This document shows positions 14,937 to 21,018 of a stretch of DNA of 21,018 nucleotides, one piece after another (the first letter of the stretch is position 1; the number at the start of each line of letters is the position of its first letter). The notes below the pieces were generated by a model, which searched no databases, was not told the DNA's origin, and saw only the letters and a program-made list of their open reading frames with translations. Origin of the DNA: Candidatus Micrarchaeota archaeon (GTDB taxonomy: Archaea; Iainarchaeota; Iainarchaeia; JAADDC01); the NCBI GenBank assembly GCA_027074515.1, contig JALTCQ010000111.1:1-21018 (forward strand). The letters run 5' to 3'. The position numbers and the translations under genes are program-made.

Positions 14937-15037
14937 GTCTTTCACCTCCAACAACTAGGGCGAAGAGAGAATAAGTCCTATGCGTGTTCAGGATTGGTAC
15001 GGCATCGCCCTCCATAGAAGAAGGGGAAATGTGGTTT

Positions 15038-16864
15038 TTATATCTTGACTATCCGCACTGGCACTGTCTTGAACGCGGGAATCTTTGTATCCGGATCGAG
15101 ATCCAGTGATGTTAAAACGTTTACGGGGACGTCATGAGAGTGGAAGGTCGTGGCCACTGCACCCTCCGGCATGGTCTCTGAGGCCTGAACGGAAATTTCA
15201 ACGGCTCCGACAGGAGATTCAAGACGCACCACGTCCCCGTCCTTCAACGCCTCACGTTCCATATCCTTGGGGTTCATCCAGAGAACGTTCTTCGGTGCCA
15301 TCGCCCGGAGCCGATCAGAGGTCATCGTCAGGTCGCCTGTGTTGAATTGAGACATTCTCCTGGCGGTAAAAAGCGTGTATGGGTATCCTGGGTGCTCAAC
15401 AACTCGTGGATTCAGCGGACAGAATCGCTTCTTACGTACGCCCTTCTCCGCAAAGACGTCTTCGCCAGAATAAACGAGCTCAGGGTCTATGTGCATGTAT
15501 CCGTCCACAGTCGTGGTGATTTCATAAAACACATCCTTGGGACTCCGGTACTTCCAGTCTTCCCCCATCTGCCTTGCCAGATCTTGCAAGAACGCCCATT
15601 CCTGCCTCGCCTCGCCAGGGGGAGCAACGACACGCCTCACGTATCGAACCCTCCTCTCCCCGATGGTCACGGTGCCCTCACGCTCGTAAAGCAGGGGCGT
15701 CGGGAGAACCACATCCGCAAATTCAGTGGTATCGTTGAAGTAAGGCGTGGCCTGGACAACGAACATGCGCTCAAGGTTCCTCCAGACGAGGCGCAGGTGC
15801 GGCATGGACCGAGCGGGGTTGAATATGCTCGTGAAAAAGAAGTCCACTGGCTTCGTGGTGAGGAACTCAGTGAGGGCTAGCCCGTATTTCGGTGCGATTC
15901 CAACGTCGCCAGCTCCCTGTATGTTGATCTTCCCTCTCTCCGTGATGATCTTCCCGTTCTTGAGCAGGGCGATGCTCGTTAAAGCCTTCACGGCGTCCGT
16001 CCCGTGGTACGTCTGCGTGTACTTCATCCCGTGCATCACACCAATGCGCTCAGCGGAGTAAATCGCTTCCGCAAGCTCCACGATCCTCTCCTTTGGTACA
16101 CCGGCAATCTGGGAAACGGTCTCCGCATCGAAGGGCGCCACGGAATGCTTCAACTCCCCAAAGCCCTCTATATCGGAGCGCACGCCTTTTTCATAAATCA
16201 AATAATGCAGGATCCCCATGACAACGTAGATCATTCGTCCAGGCTTCGTGATAACCTTGTAATCCGCGAACTTTCCCGTTTCATTCTCCCACGTGTTTAT
16301 GCAGGCCAGTTTCAGGCCTTTGGATCTTGCAGCGACGATTTTCGAGAAAACGGTGGGATAGTTGCTCGCGGGGTTCGTCCCAACGACAAGCAAAAGATCC
16401 AAGGAGTAAATATCGTTTTCGTAGTCAGGAGAGGCGGGAACGCCGAGCATATCGTTATACGCCTTGACTGTGGGGGCGTGGCAGAGGCGCGCGCACGAAT
16501 CCACGTTGTCAGAACCGATAACCTCGCGGGCAAACTTCTGGATGATGTAGTTATCCTCGTTTGTGATCTCTCCACTGCCTGCCCACCCCGTCCGTTCGGG
16601 AGCTGTGTTTTCAAGCCGATCTTGAATAAGATCTAAAGCGTACTCCCAAGAAACTCGCGAAAATTCACCGTCAGCCTCGCGGACGAGGGGTTCCATGACC
16701 CTTTTGGGCTGGAGTGTGTGGATCGAAAGCCCCTTTACGCACGGCTTGCCCTCCGAAACAGGATCGTCAGGATCTGGGAGGATGTTCACGATTTTATTAT
16801 CATCCACAACGTACCGCAGCCGACAGCCCGCACCGCAGAAGATACAGGTAGATTTGACGATCAT
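15038..16864 (-). CDS. Molybdopterin oxidoreductase, formate-dehydrogenase-alpha-like (Cys type), 608 aa
   Basis: N-terminal 4Fe-4S motif CIFCGAGC...C(VKG), active-site-like SCARLCHAP, and a C-terminal MopB dinucleotide-binding domain (VWMNPKDMEREALKDGDVVRLESPVGAV). The real start is ATG 16864 (MIVKSTC). The first 87 codons of the 695-aa track ORF run through the tRNA. Confidence 0.8.
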   Translation of the reverse strand: MIVKSTCIFCGAGCRLRYVVDDNKIVNILPDPDDPVSEGKPCVKGLSIHTLQPKRVMEPLVREADGEFSRVSWEYALDLIQDRLENTAPERTGWAGSGEITNEDNYIIQKFAREVIGSDNVDSCARLCHAPTVKAYNDMLGVPASPDYENDIYSLDLLLVVGTNPASNYPTVFSKIVAARSKGLKLACINTWENETGKFADYKVITKPGRMIYVVMGILHYLIYEKGVRSDIEGFGELKHSVAPFDAETVSQIAGVPKERIVELAEAIYSAERIGVMHGMKYTQTYHGTDAVKALTSIALLKNGKIITERGKINIQGAGDVGIAPKYGLALTEFLTTKPVDFFFTSIFNPARSMPHLRLVWRNLERMFVVQATPYFNDTTEFADVVLPTPLLYEREGTVTIGERRVRYVRRVVAPPGEARQEWAFLQDLARQMGEDWKYRSPKDVFYEITTTVDGYMHIDPELVYSGEDVFAEKGVRKKRFCPLNPRVVEHPGYPYTLFTARRMSQFNTGDLTMTSDRLRAMAPKNVLWMNPKDMEREALKDGDVVRLESPVGAVEISVQASETMPEGAVATTFHSHDVPVNVLTSLDLDPDTKIPAFKTVPVRIVKI

Positions 16865-16883
16865 GATCTCAAAACGCGCCAGC

Positions 16884-16893
16884 ATAATAAAAA
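16884..16893 (-). promoter_or_regulatory. TATA box for the FdhA-like gene (leaderless spacing)
   Basis: The minus strand reads tttttattat, centred about 26 nt upstream of ATG 16864. Confidence 0.5.
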
Positions 16894-16990
16894 GAAGGTG
16901 GTGCCATTGTAACCAGATTTCCGTGGATACTAACCGCAAACGTTGACGTGAAGCAACCACATATGCCCCTGCGTGCTGCGCATGGCAGCA

Positions 16991-17020
16991 CATTGTGCGT
17001 CTGGTCGGAAGACCAGACCC
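16991..17020 (-). repeat. 30-nt hairpin unit, copy D (downstream of tRNA-Leu CAA)
   Basis: The minus strand reads gg GTCTGGTC ttcc GACCAGAC gcacaatg, identical to copy B. Confidence 0.85.
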
Positions 17021-17047
17021 GCGGCTCGCTGGCCGCGTATCGGCTGA

Positions 17048-17131
17048 TGCGGGGGCGGGGATTCGAACCCCGGAAGGCACTAAGCCAGCGGATCTTGAGT
17101 CCGCCCCCTTTGGCCGCTCGGGCACCCCCGC
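17048..17131 (-). tRNA. tRNA-Leu (anticodon CAA), type II, no intron, CCA not encoded
   Basis: Reverse complement: GCGGGGGTGCCCGAGCGGCCAAAGGGGGCGGACTCAAGATCCGCTGGCTTAGTGCCTTCCGGGGTTCGAATCCCCGCCCCCGCA. Anticodon stem GCGGA/TCCGC with loop CT-CAA-GA; long variable arm; T arm CGGGG-TTCGAAT-CCCCG. Confidence 0.95.
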
Positions 17132-17189
17132 AACCGATCCTCGGTTGACGCGGAGCTAACTGGGGATCCACGATCCCCAATTATGCCCC

Positions 17190-17219
17190 CATTGTGCGTC
17201 TGGTCGGAAGACCAGACCC
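17190..17219 (-). repeat. 30-nt hairpin unit, copy C (upstream of tRNA-Leu CAA)
   Basis: The minus strand reads gg GTCTGGTC ttcc GACCAGAC gcacaatg, 199 nt from copy D. Confidence 0.85.
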
Positions 17220-17300
17220 TCGTCAGCGCCGGCCGATGTTCGGCCGAGCGTCAACCGATGTAGCTGCCAAGGCCTGCGCGTAATACCAATGCAAGGGAAG

Positions 17301-17309
17301 TTTTTTATT
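17301..17309 (+). promoter_or_regulatory. TATA box for the antiporter gene (leaderless spacing)
   Basis: ttttttatt is centred about 27 nt upstream of ATG 17332. Confidence 0.5.
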
Positions 17310-17331
17310 CCGCCGCGTCGTTGTTTTTGCG

Positions 17332-19116
17332 ATGGAATCCACCTCTCTGAACGCTTCATTCTTTCAGCTGGGGATTCTCCTGTTTACTTCACTACTACTC
17401 GGTAGTATCCTTTCCATGTTCGGGCTTCCGGCGGTCATAGGATACCTTCTGTCTGGTCTGGGGCTCGGACCATACGGCATGGGCATCGTGACGGACAAGG
17501 TGCTCATAAACTACCTCTCCGAGCTCGGGGTCTTTCTACTCCTCTTCTACATGGGACTGGAGATCAGCCTGAAGAAGTTCAGTAAGGCAGGAACGTACGC
17601 TCTGTTCTTGGCGCCCGTAAAGATCGGTGTGGGGTTTGCCCTGGGTTTCCTCGTGATGAAGGCGCTTGGATACCCCAGCATGGTCGCTATCGTGTTTGGT
17701 GCTGCCCTTGCAGTGTCATCAACGGCCATAATCTCCCAAATAATCATAGAAAACCACTGGCAAGAGGCGCTGGAATCCCAGATCGCTCTTGCCATGCTCA
17801 TACTGGAAGATATCTTCTCTGTGTTCGTCATTGGATACATACTGGGCGCGCAGGGGAACGTATCAGTGGGCAAGATCATACTGAACTCCGCCGTGGTCCT
17901 GTTCATCCTCTTTGCCATTGGAAACAGACTATCGCGGCGGCTCCTGGCAGCAATCGAAAAATTCGGCAAGCCAGAACACTTCACACTCTACGCATTTGCC
18001 CTCTTGCTCATATTCGCATACGGTGTTAGCTATTTGGGAATGTCTCCGCTGCTGGGTGCGTTCTTCGCGGGAATGCTCCTGTCAGAGACGGCGAACGCGA
18101 AGAAAATAGAGGACGAGCTTGGGAGCCTGAGAAAGCTGTTCGTCATCATATTCTTCACGTCGCTGGGGCTGAAATACCAGATATCCTTTGGCCCAATGGC
18201 GTGGATTCTGGCGGGAATCGGCCTCCTCGTATTTTTGGTTCAGAGAATCGTGCTCCTCGTTACTGCGCCGTTCTTCGGCGTGACTCCCAAAAAATCCGCG
18301 AAGCTCTCACTCCTCCTCCTACCCGCAGGTGAGTTCGCCCTTTTCATGGCAGCAACCGTGCAAAAAATACCGCTAAACGACCCGCAGACGCTCAAATACT
18401 TCCACATAACAGCTACACAGGCAACGAAAATCGTGGCACTTGCGCCGGACCTAATGGGAGCCACGTTTATACTGATCGTTGTAACCACGATCCTCGCAGG
18501 GGTCCTGTTGAGACGGGGAGACGAGCTGGCGGAGGAATTGGTAAACTACGTACCTTCTTGGATACTGCAACTATCTGAACAGCTCAAGCCATACCTGACC
18601 GCAATGAGCGCCGCGCAGAGGGGGATTGTTGGCACAAAAGCCGTGGAGAAGAAAACAGAAAGAATTGTGGAGTACACGCTGGCGCTCATAGCAATCGCGT
18701 ACATTACAGGCTATGCGATGACAGAATACCCCGCCCACGGACTGCAAATAGCAATATTTGGATTCATTTTGGCTGCATATCCCCTTGCAAGCATAACAAT
18801 GGCCACATACGCAATCATGTACCACTACGCGGAAGAAATCACGAGATACTCGCCACTACCAGCCGAGTTAAGCAAGAGTTTGGCGAAGAACCTCGCATAC
18901 GTGATGGTGGGGATTACCATATTCTTGATAGGGCTACTCTCTCTTGCAGTGGGCCAGGGGCTGTCCGTGGTGACGTTCTGGGCAGTAGCGGCGCTTCTAC
19001 TCACCGCATCTGTGGGTCTCGCCGCCTACGGTATCGCGCAGATGCTAAAAATGTTCATGCTACCCCTTACTGAGCTCACTAAAACCACGCGTCCAAGGAA
19101 GTCTGCGCACCGCTAG
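17332..19116 (+). CDS. Cation:proton antiporter (CPA2 / Kef-NapA-like Na_H_exchanger family) with an extra C-terminal membrane domain, 594 aa
   Basis: The first roughly 380 aa carry FFQLGILLFTSLLLGSILSMFGLPAVIGYLLSGLGLGPYGMG and LSELGVFLLLFYMGLEISL, typical of the family, across about 10-12 TM helices. The C-terminal roughly 200 aa contain further hydrophobic helices. Confidence 0.8.
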   Translation: MESTSLNASFFQLGILLFTSLLLGSILSMFGLPAVIGYLLSGLGLGPYGMGIVTDKVLINYLSELGVFLLLFYMGLEISLKKFSKAGTYALFLAPVKIGVGFALGFLVMKALGYPSMVAIVFGAALAVSSTAIISQIIIENHWQEALESQIALAMLILEDIFSVFVIGYILGAQGNVSVGKIILNSAVVLFILFAIGNRLSRRLLAAIEKFGKPEHFTLYAFALLLIFAYGVSYLGMSPLLGAFFAGMLLSETANAKKIEDELGSLRKLFVIIFFTSLGLKYQISFGPMAWILAGIGLLVFLVQRIVLLVTAPFFGVTPKKSAKLSLLLLPAGEFALFMAATVQKIPLNDPQTLKYFHITATQATKIVALAPDLMGATFILIVVTTILAGVLLRRGDELAEELVNYVPSWILQLSEQLKPYLTAMSAAQRGIVGTKAVEKKTERIVEYTLALIAIAYITGYAMTEYPAHGLQIAIFGFILAAYPLASITMATYAIMYHYAEEITRYSPLPAELSKSLAKNLAYVMVGITIFLIGLLSLAVGQGLSVVTFWAVAALLLTASVGLAAYGIAQMLKMFMLPLTELTKTTRPRKSAHR

Positions 19117-20104
19117 CGGGCGAGTTCTCGATTAACCGCTGAACGGCGCGGTGCACACGATCTGGCGAGAAATCGTGCTCTTCGACCAATATTTCGTAGA
19201 TCTTCTGCTCATCAGGTTTCTTAAAGCGAATAGAGTAATCGTCGGTGATGGGAGGGTTCAGGAACAACTCTTCCACAGCTCTCCAATCGAAATCGGGCTC
19301 GTAAGACAGGGAGCGGAAGATATCCTCCAGCGAATCGTGCTCCTTTACAAGGGCAAGGGCGCGCTTCGGGCCAACCCCTGGCACCTTGTCGTTGAAATCT
19401 GTGCCTATGAGGATACCGATCCATATGAGCTTCCTACGGCCAATTCCGAGGTGCTCCAGAACTTCGTCCAGGATCAAGAGCTCTGGGTGAACAGGAACGT
19501 AAACGTCCTTGCCCGGTAACTTCCTTCGGCCCTCGATTGCAAGATTTCTGACGAGACGCGGCGCCCCAAAGAGCAGGGAGTCGTAATCCTGGGATCCAGA
19601 GGCCCACACGTCACCCTTTGCAGCCATATGAGCTGCCTGAGCCTCTCCCTCGGAGGGCGCCTGGACGTAGGGAATGCCCATGGCATCAAGCAGGGCCTTG
19701 GCATCGCCCACCATCTCTGCCGCTAGGCGCGTCGCTGCCTGCCCATACTTCCTCGCCTCCTCCACGTTTCCCGAAGCAAGCGCTTTCTCCCACCGTTCCC
19801 TTGCCTTCTCACGAACCTCCTTGCGCCTCTCGAGGGTTTTCTCCTTCAGCTCAGGGGGCTTCCCATCAAACACGTAAACGGGACGGACGCCCTTCTCCAC
19901 CATACGAATAGTCCTGTAAAAAAGACCAGAGAGGTGTGACGTGACCCGTCCCTGCCGATCCATGAGCGGCGTGCCGTCAGGCTGGCGAATAGCAGCAAGA
20001 AACTGGTATAGAGCGTTATATGCGTCCAGCGCGATGGTCTTGGACTTGAGTGCATCGTAGTCTATCTCGTGCTTGACGACGAGGTCCCCTATCTGAACGC
20101 CCAT
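19079..20104 (-). CDS. fen: Flap endonuclease 1 (FEN-1), 341 aa
   Basis: MGVQIGDLV...IALDAYNALYQFL...VYVFDGKPPELK (N domain), GIPYVQAPSEGEAQAA...ASGSQDYDSLLFG (I domain), and a C-terminal PCNA-interaction-like QTSLDAWF. ATG 20104 shares one base with the pan TGA. Confidence 0.9.
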   Translation of the reverse strand: MGVQIGDLVVKHEIDYDALKSKTIALDAYNALYQFLAAIRQPDGTPLMDRQGRVTSHLSGLFYRTIRMVEKGVRPVYVFDGKPPELKEKTLERRKEVREKARERWEKALASGNVEEARKYGQAATRLAAEMVGDAKALLDAMGIPYVQAPSEGEAQAAHMAAKGDVWASGSQDYDSLLFGAPRLVRNLAIEGRRKLPGKDVYVPVHPELLILDEVLEHLGIGRRKLIWIGILIGTDFNDKVPGVGPKRALALVKEHDSLEDIFRSLSYEPDFDWRAVEELFLNPPITDDYSIRFKKPDEQKIYEILVEEHDFSPDRVHRAVQRLIENSPASGAQTSLDAWF

Positions 20105-21018
20105 CACAAGTATATGTGCGCTGGTCCTTTATCTACCTTCTTCTTGCGCACCTTCTCCATGGCCTCCTGGAAGTCCCTGAGCGTGATGGACTTATGCCCC
20201 TTGCGAATCGCCAAGAGCCCTGCCTCCGTGACCACCGCCTTCAGGTCTGCGCCGGACATCCCTGCTGCAGATTTGGCAATGGCGCGTAGATTCACGTCCT
20301 TCGCAAGCTTCATACCTCGCGTGTGCACGCGAAGGATCTCGTAGCGGGCAGACTCGTCAGGTAGTGGAACCTCTATGACGCGATCGAATCGGCCAGGCCT
20401 GAGCAGAGCGGGATCAAGGATATCTATACGGTTCGTGGCGCCAAGCACTGCCACGCCGTCCAATGGCTTGAACCCATCCAACTCCGCAAGGAGCTGAACG
20501 AGGGTCCTCTGCACCTCCCGATCTCCGCCGGTCAGAGCCTCCGTTCGCACTGCACCAATGGCATCTATCTCATCTATGAACACGATAGACGGCGCCTTCT
20601 CACGGGCAAGCTTGAAGAGATCCCTAACGAGCTTCGCACCCTCTCCGATGAACTTACGCACCAGCTCGGAGCCCACAACTTGGATAAACGTAGCGTTGGT
20701 CTCGTGGGCCACTGCCTTGGCAAGGAGCGTTTTACCCGTTCCTGGAGGACCGTAAAGCAACACGCCCTTGGGCGGAACGATGCCCATCTCCTTGAAAACA
20801 TCTGGATTCTTTAGAGGGAGCTCGACTACCTCGCGAACTTCCTGGATAACATCTTTCAGACCGCCGATATCTTCATAGCTGACGCTTGGGCGTTCAACCA
20901 CCTCAAAGGCGCGCACCCTCGTGTCCTTCGGCTCGGGGAGAACGTCCACCACGGCAACGGTCTGCTGAGACATTGCAACTTGGGCGCCGGGATACAGCTT
21001 GTCGTAAACGGAGCTCAT
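20104..21018 (-). CDS. pan: Proteasome-activating nucleotidase (AAA+ ATPase), N-terminus outside the window
   Basis: The OB-domain end and AAA core are visible: [29 protein letters not shown] (Walker A), [12 protein letters not shown] (Walker B), [20 protein letters not shown] (SRH), and C-terminal ..HIYL resembling the HbYX tail. The ORF remains open to the window edge. Confidence 0.9.
   Translation of the reverse strand: MSSVYDKLYPGAQVAMSQQTVAVVDVLPEPKDTRVRAFEVVERPSVSYEDIGGLKDVIQEVREVVELPLKNPDVFKEMGIVPPKGVLLYGPPGTGKTLLAKAVAHETNATFIQVVGSELVRKFIGEGAKLVRDLFKLAREKAPSIVFIDEIDAIGAVRTEALTGGDREVQRTLVQLLAELDGFKPLDGVAVLGATNRIDILDPALLRPGRFDRVIEVPLPDESARYEILRVHTRGMKLAKDVNLRAIAKSAAGMSGADLKAVVTEAGLLAIRKGHKSITLRDFQEAMEKVRKKKVDKGPAHIYL

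Larger units (their letters stand above)
16966..17227. repeat. 262-bp repeat copy 2 (inverted relative to 2961..3222)
   Basis: See copy 1. The reverse complement aligns end to end with 14 mismatches by hand count. Confidence 0.9.

Noticed and set aside
16440-16470. Possible selenocysteine in the FdhA-like active site.
   Set aside because: The active-site motif reads SCARLCHAP with an ordinary Cys codon. The ORF has no in-frame TGA, and I see no SECIS-like requirement.
16865-17125. N-terminal 87 codons of the 695-aa ORF (MPERPKGADSRSAGLVPSG...).
   Set aside because: This stretch is the translated tRNA-Leu(CAA) and trailer. A TATA box sits about 26 nt before ATG 16864, and the conserved Fe-S motif begins at residue 6 from that ATG.
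2961-17227. The region between the two tRNA-Leu repeats as a possible integrated mobile element or genomic island with tRNA-derived att sites.
   Set aside because: The repeats are inverted rather than direct, and each contains a complete and different tRNA plus both flanks. The enclosed genes are core housekeeping (three aaRS genes, tmk, central metabolism). There is no integrase, transposase, or phage or plasmid gene.

Overview
This is a compact archaeal chromosomal window made up almost entirely of housekeeping genes. The archaeal assignment rests on an eS26 ribosomal protein, AglB/STT3, archaeal-type TrpRS and PheRS alpha/beta, FEN-1, PAN, A/T-rich TATA-like boxes about 26 nt upstream of start codons (leaderless-style), and GC-rich tRNA stems that suggest a thermophile. 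Gene order: eS26 (partial) > | < aglB | tRNA-Leu(CAG) > | trpS > pheS > pheT > PlsY-like > | < gpmA < 2-oxoacid:ferredoxin oxidoreductase beta < alpha | orphan membrane-anchored protein > | < tmk < serS < FdhA-like molybdopterin oxidoreductase < tRNA-Leu(CAA) | CPA2 cation/proton antiporter > | < fen < pan (partial). I found no CRISPR array, transposase, integrase, toxin-antitoxin pair or recognisable defence genes. The one unexplained structure is non-coding. The two tRNA-Leu isoacceptor genes, about 14 kb apart and in inverted orientation, each sit inside a 262-bp repeat. The 96-nt upstream and 82-nt downstream flanks of that repeat are more conserved than the tRNAs themselves. The flanks consist of stacked hairpins, including four copies of a 30-nt unit with a perfect 8-bp stem and TTCC loop, one on each side of each tRNA. 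I propose this as a candidate undescribed structured leader/trailer RNA or tRNA cassette. Secondary observations are a PlsY-family protein translationally coupled to pheT, an AglB with a WWSIG variant of the WWDYG motif, a dPGM-type gpmA packed behind the oxidoreductase genes, an orphan beta-rich surface protein, and an antiporter with an extra C-terminal membrane domain. All protein calls come from by-eye motif recognition on the supplied translations; no database search was run.
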